From positions 1,010 through 65,009 of the forward strand of contig JBARPC010000027.1 of NCBI GenBank assembly GCA_049642725.1: a stretch of 64,000 nt of DNA, given 5' to 3'. The notes beneath the pieces are model-generated. The model saw nothing but the letters and a program-made list of their open reading frames with translations, had not been told where the DNA came from and ran no database searches. Shown piece after piece: positions 8,401 through 16,421 of the stretch; the stretch's first letter is position 1, and every line of letters starts with the position of its first letter. The translations under genes were made by a program, and so were the position numbers. Source of the DNA: Minisyncoccales bacterium (lineage in GTDB: Bacteria; Patescibacteriota; Minisyncoccia; Minisyncoccales; JAGMDC01).

Positions 8401-8931
8401 TTAAATTTTTATTGCTACTTTTCTTTTCTTTTTTCTTTGGATTTTTGGTATTCTGATAGTTAAAATTCCTTGTTTCATTACTGCTTCAACGCGGGAATTA
8501 TCTACCTCTTCCTGTAGTATCATCCTTTTATAAAAAGGTCCCCAATAGCATTCCTGGTAAAAGTATTTTTTTTCTTCCTTTTCGTCTTCCTGCGGTTTTT
8601 CCCTTGTTCCTTCTATAATTAAAATATCGTTTTCAATAATAATATCTAAATCCTCTGGTTTTATTCCAGCAATAGTTGATTGAATTACTAATTCATCTTT
8701 TGTTTGATAAACATCTACTGTCAGTTCTCCTTTTTGCTCAAACCATTTTTCCTTGCCCGCCGTAGTCCCGCGTGGCGGGACGGAGGCGGGTTTTTCTTCT
8801 TTATTTATTCCGGTCTTGATTTCCTCTTTGATTTTCACCTTTTTCTTTTCGGATTTTGGTTTTTCCTTACTCTTCATCTCTGGTTCTTCTTTAACACCAA
8901 TATTTTGTTTAAGTTTTTCTAAAAAAGACAT
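8401..8931 (-). CDS. Hsp20/alpha-crystallin family small heat-shock protein
   Basis: C-terminal alpha-crystallin domain (LTVDVYQTKDELVIQSTIAGIKPEDLDI...GILTIRIPK) with a Lys/Glu-rich N-terminal extension. Confidence 0.85.
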   Translation of the reverse strand: MSFLEKLKQNIGVKEEPEMKSKEKPKSEKKKVKIKEEIKTGINKEEKPASVPPRGTTAGKEKWFEQKGELTVDVYQTKDELVIQSTIAGIKPEDLDIIIENDILIIEGTREKPQEDEKEEKKYFYQECYWGPFYKRMILQEEVDNSRVEAVMKQGILTIRIPKIQRKKKRKVAIKI

Positions 8932-8941
8932 AATCTAAAAA

Positions 8942-9736
8942 TTAGTTAACCTTGCATATGCTTTTCATTTTCTTGAGTTTCTTGAAACCCAAAGAAACAA
9001 AAAGGGCAAGCGAAATTAGAATAACAGCCGGTATTAAAACCTTTAAGCTTCCTTCAAATATTATTATAGAATAATTAAATAATCCATGCAATAGGCCGGC
9101 TATAAATAATCCGATAAAAAGGAATTTAAATCTATTTTTTGCTTCATAAATAGATAAAGCCAAGAAATAACCCATTGTTGCAGAACATAAGGTATGAAGA
9201 AATACTGCTCCTAAAAATCTAATAGTAGTTATTTGAAATGTTTCTGAAAATTTAATCACTGGAAATAAATGGGGAAGTAAATACAAAATATTTTCCAAAG
9301 CAGCAAAACCTAAACCAGCAATAATCATATAAATCATAGCATCTACTGGCTCGTCAAATTCCGGATTATTGAGAACTTTATATCTTACCACTAAATATTT
9401 AAAAAATTCTTCTACAAAACCAATAACGATAATATTATATAAAAAGAATATCAAAAGAGAAAGATAACTTAAGCTTGATATTTGAAGAAGTCCATTCCTG
9501 AAAAGGTTGGAAATTTCGCTGGGAGACGGAGATACAGACATTAATAAAGATATTACATCAAAACCTTTTTGAAAACAGATTTCCAAAAGAACAGCAGGAA
9601 TAGTAATTATTGCTCCATAGATAAATATTTTTAAAACCATTGTTTTTGGTTCAGGGTGGACATCTTTCCGCAAATAATAAGAAAGCCAGATGATGCTGGG
9701 AGCAAGACCGAACACTATAAGTAGAATATAGTTCAT
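8942..9736 (-). CDS. PrsW-family intramembrane protease
   Basis: Multi-pass membrane protein with EExxK (FVEEFFKY), FAALEN and HGLFN motifs typical of PrsW. Confidence 0.7.
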   Translation of the reverse strand: MNYILLIVFGLAPSIIWLSYYLRKDVHPEPKTMVLKIFIYGAIITIPAVLLEICFQKGFDVISLLMSVSPSPSEISNLFRNGLLQISSLSYLSLLIFFLYNIIVIGFVEEFFKYLVVRYKVLNNPEFDEPVDAMIYMIIAGLGFAALENILYLLPHLFPVIKFSETFQITTIRFLGAVFLHTLCSATMGYFLALSIYEAKNRFKFLFIGLFIAGLLHGLFNYSIIIFEGSLKVLIPAVILISLALFVSLGFKKLKKMKSICKVN

Positions 9737-9737
9737 A

Positions 9738-10820
9738 TTAATTTATTCTTAAATTAGCATTAACTTTAATGTTTTTCCAGTTTTTAGCTTTGTTTTTATG
9801 AAAATAAGCAGTTATACCTATCATTGCAGCATTATCAGTACAGAATTTAGAATCAGGAATTAAAAATAAGGAATTAGGAATTTCTTTTTTAATTTTTTCT
9901 TTAAACTGTTTTTTCAGCTTTTCATTAGCTGTAACACCGCCGCCAAGAATAATTGTTTTTACTTTATAATCTTTTGCTGCTTTAATAGTTTTTTTAATTA
10001 AAACATCAATTACTGCTTGCTGAATTTCTTTGCACATTGCTTGGATGTATTGTTTTGTTTTTTGCTGCCCGATTTTATTGGGCGAGCATCGTTCCTTCAG
10101 AGCGGGTTTTTCTTTTTTTACTGCATAAAGGACAGCGGTTTTCAGTCCTGAAAAACTAAAATCATAATCGTTTGAGTAAATCATCGGACGGGGAAGTGTA
10201 ATTTTGGATTTTGGATTTCGGATTTCCATTGCTGCTAGAGCAGCGATGGCTGGTCCTCCGGGATACCCAAGTCCTAAAATTCTGGCTGTTTTGTCAAAGC
10301 ATTCTCCAGCAGCATCATCTCTTGTTTCACCTAAAATTTTGTATTTTCCGATATTTTTCATCAAAATCAATTGAGTATGCCCGCCGCTTACAACCAAGCA
10401 AATCGCCGGCAGATATTTTTGAGAATTGAGAATTGAGAATTGAAAATTAATTAATATATGACTCTCAATATGATTTACTGGTATAATTTTTAGATTCCAC
10501 AAACGAGCTAAGGCCTTGGCAAAATTCACACCTGTCCACAAACAAGGTTCTAAACCAGGACCAGTGGTTACGGCGATCAAATCAATTTTCGGTTTGATAA
10601 AGTTTTTTATTTCTGCTTTTTTTAAAGCTTTTTTTAAAACAGGCAAAAGATTTTTCTGATGCTCTCTTTTTGCCATTGCCGGGTATACTCCTCCATATTT
10701 TTTATGAATTTCTATCTGCGACGAAACAATATTACTTAATATTTTTGCTTTTTGCTTTTTTATATTTAATATACTGATACAGGTATCATCACAAGATGTT
10801 TCAATGGCTAAGATAATCAT
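9738..10820 (-). CDS. tsaD: tRNA N6-adenosine threonylcarbamoyltransferase TsaD
   Basis: IETSCDDT, HIESH, GGHTQL, DDAAGECFDK, FSFSGLKT and CTDNAAMIG motifs. Contains two in-frame heptamer-repeat segments. Confidence 0.93.
   Translation of the reverse strand: MIILAIETSCDDTCISILNIKKQKAKILSNIVSSQIEIHKKYGGVYPAMAKREHQKNLLPVLKKALKKAEIKNFIKPKIDLIAVTTGPGLEPCLWTGVNFAKALARLWNLKIIPVNHIESHILINFQFSILNSQKYLPAICLVVSGGHTQLILMKNIGKYKILGETRDDAAGECFDKTARILGLGYPGGPAIAALAAMEIRNPKSKITLPRPMIYSNDYDFSFSGLKTAVLYAVKKEKPALKERCSPNKIGQQKTKQYIQAMCKEIQQAVIDVLIKKTIKAAKDYKVKTIILGGGVTANEKLKKQFKEKIKKEIPNSLFLIPDSKFCTDNAAMIGITAYFHKNKAKNWKNIKVNANLRIN
10201..10228 (-). repeat. Tandem heptamer array (ATTTTGG ATTTTGG ATTTCGG ATTTCCA) inside tsaD
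   Basis: Read directly. Encodes EIRNPKSKI on the coding strand. Confidence 0.9.
10421..10448 (-). repeat. Tandem heptamer array (GAGAATT x3 + GAAAATT) inside tsaD
   Basis: Read directly. On the coding strand it reads AATTTTC AATTCTC AATTCTC AATTCTC (NFQFSILNSQ). Confidence 0.9.
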
Positions 10821-10878
10821 TCCATTATTTTATCACTCGGCTTGATTTTTTTCAAATTTTAAGTTAGAATTTTAAGAG

Positions 10879-10950
10879 GACCCTATCGTCTAGTGGTTAG
10901 GACACTACCCTTTCACGGTAAAAACCGGGGTTCGACTCCCCGTAGGGTCG
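10879..10950 (+). tRNA. tRNA-Glu (anticodon TTC)
   Basis: Manual cloverleaf: acceptor GACCCTA/TAGGGTC, anticodon loop CTTTCAC, T-arm CGGGG-TTCGACT-CCCCG. Closely resembles canonical bacterial tRNA-Glu. Confidence 0.85.
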
Positions 10951-10952
10951 CT

Positions 10953-13100
10953 TTATTCCAAGTGAATTCTTTCTCTAAATTTTTTTAATCGCTCTTCTAA
11001 AAAAGGGTGATTTTTTAATTCAGGGTCTTGCTCTAATAATTCCTTAGCAGTTTGTCTGGTTTTTTCAACTAAACCAATATCTTTAAAGGAATTCATTATT
11101 AAATCCGGGATGCCCCATTGTCTGGCGCCGGAAAAATCTCCCGGTCCTCTAATTTTTAAATCCTTTTCAGCTAATTCAAAACCATTTTCAGAAGCAATTA
11201 GGGCTTTTAACCGCTGATGTGTTTTCTTAGCTGAAGAGTCAGTAAACAAAAAGCAATATGATTGATATTTAGATCTGCCAACTCTGCCCCGAAATTGATG
11301 AAGCTGAGCCAAACCAAATCTTTCCGCTCCTTCTATAACTATTACTGTAGCGTTAGGAATATCAATACCTACTTCAATCACTGAGGTGGATACTAAAATA
11401 TCTATTTTTTTGTCTTTGAAACCTTGCATTATTTTTTCTTTTTCTTTCGGTGTCATTTTTCCGTGAAGCATTGCCAGTTTCAATTTAGGGAAAACCTCTT
11501 TTGATAATCTTTCATATTCTTCTTTTACTGATTTTACTTCAGCCCAGCTAGAAATTTCATCTTTTGCGAGCTCAGTTTTTCCGGATTCAATGCGGGGATA
11601 AATTATAAATACCTGCCTTCCCCTTTTAACTTCTTTTTTAATAAAATCGTATGTTTTTTTTCTTTGCGCTGGCGGAATAACTTTAGTAATTATTTCTTTT
11701 CTTCCTTTTGGCAGTTCATCAATTAAAGATAAATCTAAGTCGCCATAAATAGTCAAAGCCAAACTGCGTGGAATAGGAGTAGCAGTCATAGAAAGAAGAT
11801 GAGGAATAGTTGAATTTTTCATTAGCTTAGCGCGTTGTTCTACTCCAAAGCGATGTTGTTCATCTAAAATCACAAGTGCTAAGTTTCCAAACTTTACTTT
11901 ATCCTGAATTAAAGCATGAGTGCCAATAAGAATATTTATCTCATTTTTAATTGTTTTTTCTAATAACTTAGTTCTTGAAATCTCTATTGTTTCTCCTTTT
12001 AATTTTTTAGATATGAACTTATCTTCTTTTCCAGTTAAAAGTCCTATATTGATATTAAAATCTTTGAATCGGGAACTTACTTCCTTAAAATGCTGTTTGG
12101 TTAAAATTTCAGTTGGAGCCATAAAAGCAACTTGATAGCCGGCCTTTATGGTTTCCAGGGCAGCCATTAAAGCAACTATAGTTTTTCCAGAACCCACATC
12201 TCCCTCTAAGAGCCGGTTCATTGGCCGAGATTTTTCTAAATCTTTTAAAATCTGCCAGCTGGATTTTCTTTGAGCGTCAGTCAGTTTAAAAGATAATGTC
12301 TCTACAAATTTTTTCACTAATTCAATATCTATAGGAATAGATATTGCTTTTTCTTTATTCAGTGCCATTCTTGCTTGTAAGACGGCTAATTCAATCAAAA
12401 ACAGTTCTTCAAAAGAAAACCGTTTTTGCGCTCTTTCAGCTAAATTTATTGAATCAGGAAAATGAATTTGCCAAATAGCTTTTTCTATTGCTAAAAGTTT
12501 TTCTTTTTGGATAATTTCTTTTGGTATAATTTCTGGAATTTTGTTTTTAAAACTTATCAGAAGCGGTTTTATAATATAGCGAAGCCATCTTGAAGAAAGC
12601 CCTTCTGTTTCTGGATACACAGGCACAATTCTTCCAGTATGAGTTAGATCATTAGACACCGAGTTTCTATAGAAACTCGGTGTCATCTTTTCATATGCAG
12701 GATTAGAAAGATGCAGTCCGTCGTCTCCAATTGTTATTTTTCCAGCCAAACAAACATTGTCTTTTGGTTTTAAAGTTTTTATTAAATATGGCTGGTTGAA
12801 CCAAACAACTTTTATAGCCCCGGTTTTATCCTGAACAACAGCTTGGGTTAAGAACATTCTTCTTTTCCAAGTTCTGCTGTTTTTAATTTCTAAGATTTTT
12901 CCCAAGATACAGCAGTTTTCGTTTATTTTCACTTTTGAGATAGGAATGATATTAGAAAAATCCTCATAGCGATGAGGAAAATGATATAAAATGTCTCGGA
13001 CCGTCTTAATCCCCAATTTCTTCAGTTTTTTCTGAAAAACCGCGCCAATCCGCGCAATTTGTTCTATAGGCGTTGATAAGTTCATTGCCATCATCTTCAT
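10953..13100 (-). CDS. recG: ATP-dependent DNA helicase RecG
   Basis: Wedge/OB N-terminal region, helicase motifs (GDVGSGKT, DEQHRFG, SMTATPIPRS, QLHQFRGRVGR) and the C-terminal TRG motif region. Confidence 0.93.
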   Translation of the reverse strand: MKMMAMNLSTPIEQIARIGAVFQKKLKKLGIKTVRDILYHFPHRYEDFSNIIPISKVKINENCCILGKILEIKNSRTWKRRMFLTQAVVQDKTGAIKVVWFNQPYLIKTLKPKDNVCLAGKITIGDDGLHLSNPAYEKMTPSFYRNSVSNDLTHTGRIVPVYPETEGLSSRWLRYIIKPLLISFKNKIPEIIPKEIIQKEKLLAIEKAIWQIHFPDSINLAERAQKRFSFEELFLIELAVLQARMALNKEKAISIPIDIELVKKFVETLSFKLTDAQRKSSWQILKDLEKSRPMNRLLEGDVGSGKTIVALMAALETIKAGYQVAFMAPTEILTKQHFKEVSSRFKDFNINIGLLTGKEDKFISKKLKGETIEISRTKLLEKTIKNEINILIGTHALIQDKVKFGNLALVILDEQHRFGVEQRAKLMKNSTIPHLLSMTATPIPRSLALTIYGDLDLSLIDELPKGRKEIITKVIPPAQRKKTYDFIKKEVKRGRQVFIIYPRIESGKTELAKDEISSWAEVKSVKEEYERLSKEVFPKLKLAMLHGKMTPKEKEKIMQGFKDKKIDILVSTSVIEVGIDIPNATVIVIEGAERFGLAQLHQFRGRVGRSKYQSYCFLFTDSSAKKTHQRLKALIASENGFELAEKDLKIRGPGDFSGARQWGIPDLIMNSFKDIGLVEKTRQTAKELLEQDPELKNHPFLEERLKKFRERIHLE

Positions 13101-13276
13101 ATTATATTATTATAAGATAATTAACAATAATAGTTAGAAAGCCTTAAAGAGTCGGCTTTTAAGCAAGTTTTAAATAAGTTCGTTTAAAACTTATTATCTA
13201 AAATAATTAAAAGTTTTTTAATTCCACTACAAGCGGAATTATTGTTTGGGGCTATTTTTTATTTTTCAATTTTCTA

Positions 13277-13285
13277 TGGTATAAT
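13277..13285 (+). promoter_or_regulatory. Extended -10 promoter element (TGgTATAAT) upstream of the methyltransferase gene
   Basis: TGGTATAAT lies 32 nt upstream of the ATG at 13317. The -35 region is weak. Confidence 0.4.
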
Positions 13286-13316
13286 TTAATTAGAAATAAT
13301 TTAGAATTATACCAAA

Positions 13317-14453
13317 ATGAAGAAGCAATTTGGACAATTTTTTACTACAAATTCTGATTATATTTTGCAAGGATTTGAAAAATTTGTAAAAAACAAAAAA
13401 ATTATTGATCCCTTCGCAGGAAATCAGGATTTAATCAAATGGGCTAAGAAAAACACCTGTAAAAAAATTATAGGATTTGATTGTGATAAAAGATATGTTG
13501 ATAATAAAAAAGTTTTTTTAGATGATTCTATAAATTTTCCTAAAAAATATAAATTTGTCTGCACAAATCCACCGTATTTGCACAAAAATAAAGCAGATAA
13601 AAAGACTAAACAAAAATTTTTTTCAGGAACTAATTCTCATTTTGAAGATCTATATCAAATTTCTATTTTTTCGATTCTTAATTGCGAAGAAGGTATTTTA
13701 ATTATTCCACTTAATTTTTTATCAGCCGAAAATTCTAAAGAAATAAGAAATTTATTTTTTGAAAAATTTGAAATAATAAAATTAAATATTTTTTCTGAAC
13801 AAGTATTTGAAGATACAACTTATAATGTAATTTCTTTTTATTTTAGAAAGAAATTACATTATACAGAAAAAAATAAAATTATCGCTACGATTCTGCCAGA
13901 AAAAAAACAAATTTCTTTTATTATTGAAAAAAAGTTTGGCTGGCAATTTGGTGGTAATTTTTTAAATAAAATAAAAAACGCTAAAAATTATTTAGGTATT
14001 TTTCGTTTAACCGAGAATTTTTTACAATCTGGTGAATATGAAATAGAAATGGCGCTCCAGAATATAAAAGATAAAAGAAATTTTCGCGTAAGTCAAAATA
14101 TAAAAAGAATAATAGAGAAAAATATTTTGTTTTTAAGAGCAATTGACAGTAAAAACGGAAAGAAAATTCAACTTGAAGATATAAGAAAATATAATATCTC
14201 TGGACTCGTGGGCAAAAGCACTTCTAGAAATATGGCACATTTAATTTTTGAGCAAGAAGTTCCAATTAAAGAACAAGAAACATTGATGCAAAAATTTAAC
14301 CAAGAATTGAACAGAAACAGGCAAAAATATTTTTCTTTTTTTCTTACGAATTTTCGTGATAATAATCGCAAAAGAATTTCTTTTAATCTGGCCTATAAAT
14401 TTTTGAATTATCTTTATTTAGTAAAACATGCAAAGCAATCAACATTATTTTAA
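13317..14453 (+). CDS. Type II N6-adenine DNA methyltransferase (NPPY, gamma-like motif order)
   Basis: N-terminal GQFFT, SAM-binding-like DPFAGNQDL, then the catalytic TNPPYL. Overlaps the downstream nuclease gene by 26 nt. Confidence 0.75.
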   Translation: MKKQFGQFFTTNSDYILQGFEKFVKNKKIIDPFAGNQDLIKWAKKNTCKKIIGFDCDKRYVDNKKVFLDDSINFPKKYKFVCTNPPYLHKNKADKKTKQKFFSGTNSHFEDLYQISIFSILNCEEGILIIPLNFLSAENSKEIRNLFFEKFEIIKLNIFSEQVFEDTTYNVISFYFRKKLHYTEKNKIIATILPEKKQISFIIEKKFGWQFGGNFLNKIKNAKNYLGIFRLTENFLQSGEYEIEMALQNIKDKRNFRVSQNIKRIIEKNILFLRAIDSKNGKKIQLEDIRKYNISGLVGKSTSRNMAHLIFEQEVPIKEQETLMQKFNQELNRNRQKYFSFFLTNFRDNNRKRISFNLAYKFLNYLYLVKHAKQSTLF

Positions 14454-15342
14454 GATATCCCAACAAAATCCAGAAAAACTTTTGGACGAATTTTATATTT
14501 TTGACAACAAACATCCTGATTTGAAGAAATATATTGCGAATACAAAAGAAGTTAAAAATATTTTAATTACTTTAAAAACCTTACAGGAAAAGAATGAAAA
14601 ACCAAAAATAGTTGAAAAATACTATTTTGAATTACAGGATATTCTAAATGATTTTTCTAATTGCTCCGAATTTATTTGTTTTGTGAACGCTTGCGATAAT
14701 ATTTTAGATTCTGTAAAAAACGATATTGGTTTATTAAAAGAAATAACAAAAAAGTATTTTGACAAGAGAATACTAAACGAAGTAGTGCCGGAAGAATGGA
14801 TACAAGCGATTTTAGATTCAAAAGCTCCGGCAAGAAAAGGCAAATGCGGCGAGATAAAATTGCTTTCACTATTACAGAAAGCTGGTATTAATGAAGTTAA
14901 AATTTGGGATGATTTTTTCTCTCAAAAAGAATGCGTGGCACAGTTTTCTAAGAGTTTTAATCTTAAAAATGTTCGCAAAAATTTAGATGCAAAAATCAAA
15001 ACAAAAAAACAAAATAAAAAGTTAGATTTAATTATCAAAGTTAATAATAAAATATTTTTGGCTGAGGCAAAACATCTAAATACTTCCGGCGGTGGACAAG
15101 ACAAGCAAATTTCAGAACTTATTGAAATTCTAAGCTTAAAAGAAAAAAATAAAAATATTTTTTATATTGTATTTTTGGACGGAAATTATTCTAATATTCT
15201 CTTAGTAAATGAAAAATGCGGAGATAAATTAAAAACTCAACGCAAAGAGATTCAAAAATACCTAAAAAGCAACCCAAGAAATTATTGGCTAAATACGTCT
15301 GGATTTGTATCTTTATTTTTAGATTTAAAAAATAAAAAATAG
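14428..15342 (+). CDS. Putative type II restriction endonuclease (PD-(D/E)xK-like)
   Basis: Translationally overlapped partner of the methyltransferase. Candidate catalytic motif LDLIIKVNNKIFLAEAKH (D...ExK) followed by SGGGQDKQ. Confidence 0.55.
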   Translation: MQSNQHYFKISQQNPEKLLDEFYIFDNKHPDLKKYIANTKEVKNILITLKTLQEKNEKPKIVEKYYFELQDILNDFSNCSEFICFVNACDNILDSVKNDIGLLKEITKKYFDKRILNEVVPEEWIQAILDSKAPARKGKCGEIKLLSLLQKAGINEVKIWDDFFSQKECVAQFSKSFNLKNVRKNLDAKIKTKKQNKKLDLIIKVNNKIFLAEAKHLNTSGGGQDKQISELIEILSLKEKNKNIFYIVFLDGNYSNILLVNEKCGDKLKTQRKEIQKYLKSNPRNYWLNTSGFVSLFLDLKNKK

Positions 15343-15569
15343 CCCTAAATAATAGTTTTGCTTCGCAAAACAAAAATTTTTAATTACATCCTATAACAGA
15401 GCATATCTGGCTACGGCTTTTTACAAAAGCCTCCGCCCAAATGCTCGCTATCGCTCACACTTCAGATACACGCATATGTTATACGCAATTGCTATTTTGT
15501 TTAGCGATTTTTTATTTTTGATACATTGCTAAACCAATTACTTTTAATTTTCAAAGGAAAAATAAGTAG

Positions 15570-15599
15570 AACAAAACAGAACGGTCGTTCTGTTTTGTT
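15570..15599. other. 30-bp near-perfect palindrome abutting the first ATG of the HAD ORF
   Basis: AACAAAACAGAACG-gt-CGTTCTGTTTTGTT read directly from the sequence. Confidence 0.8.
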
Positions 15600-15686
15600 A
15601 TGGATTTTATATTGATAATATATTCCAGAAGGTATATTATGATAGTATATTATAAAAACGCAGGTAGATTAATAACTGAAAGGATT

Positions 15687-16421
15687 ATGACAAAATCTAA
15701 AAATAAAAACAATAAATTTTATGTGATTTTTACTGATTTGGACGGGACTTTGCTTGATGATAATTATTCGCATAAAGATGCCTTGCCGGTCTTGAAAGTT
15801 TTGAAGAAAAGAAAAATACCTCTGATTTTCTGTTCTGCTAAAACAAAATCAGAGCAGGAATTTTTTCAAAAAAAGATGGGAATAAACCATGCTTTTATTG
15901 TTGAAAATGGTTCAGCTATTTATATTCCTAAAGGATGTTTTAAAAAATTTAAGAAAACAAAGATTGTTTTAGGCATTGAATCTGATAAAATAAGGAAAGA
16001 GATTAAAAAGCTCCAAAAAAGATATACAATAAAAGGATATAACAATATGACAGTTAAAGAGATTATGAAAGCAACAGGATTAGATATAAAAAAAGCAGGA
16101 TTGGCAAAACAAAGAGAATTTGGAGAAACAATTGTTCAAGCAGATAAACAAGCATTAAAAGAATTAAAAAAGAAATTCAATGTTGTTAGCGGCGGCAGGT
16201 TTATTCAGGTTTTTGGCAAAAAAGCAGATAAAGGAAAAGCTGTAGGAGTACTCACTAGATTATATAAGGATGAGTTTGATAATGTAACAACCATAGGCAT
16301 TGGAAATTCAGAAAATGACAAACCGATGTTAAAAAATGTAGATGTGCCTGTTCTTGTTAAGCATGGTCCCGGGGACTGGGCGGAATTTATTAAAAAATTT
16401 GTCTTAAAATATGACAGATAA
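15687..16421 (+). CDS. HAD-IIB phosphatase, mannosyl-3-phosphoglycerate phosphatase (MpgP/YedP)-like
   Basis: FTDLDGTLLD, FCSAKTKSE and GNSENDKPML motifs. The ORF opens at 15600, but the N-terminal 29 aa are hydrophobic filler directly after a hairpin, so the ATG at 15687 (MTKSKNK) is preferred. Confidence 0.75.
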   Translation: MTKSKNKNNKFYVIFTDLDGTLLDDNYSHKDALPVLKVLKKRKIPLIFCSAKTKSEQEFFQKKMGINHAFIVENGSAIYIPKGCFKKFKKTKIVLGIESDKIRKEIKKLQKRYTIKGYNNMTVKEIMKATGLDIKKAGLAKQREFGETIVQADKQALKELKKKFNVVSGGRFIQVFGKKADKGKAVGVLTRLYKDEFDNVTTIGIGNSENDKPMLKNVDVPVLVKHGPGDWAEFIKKFVLKYDR

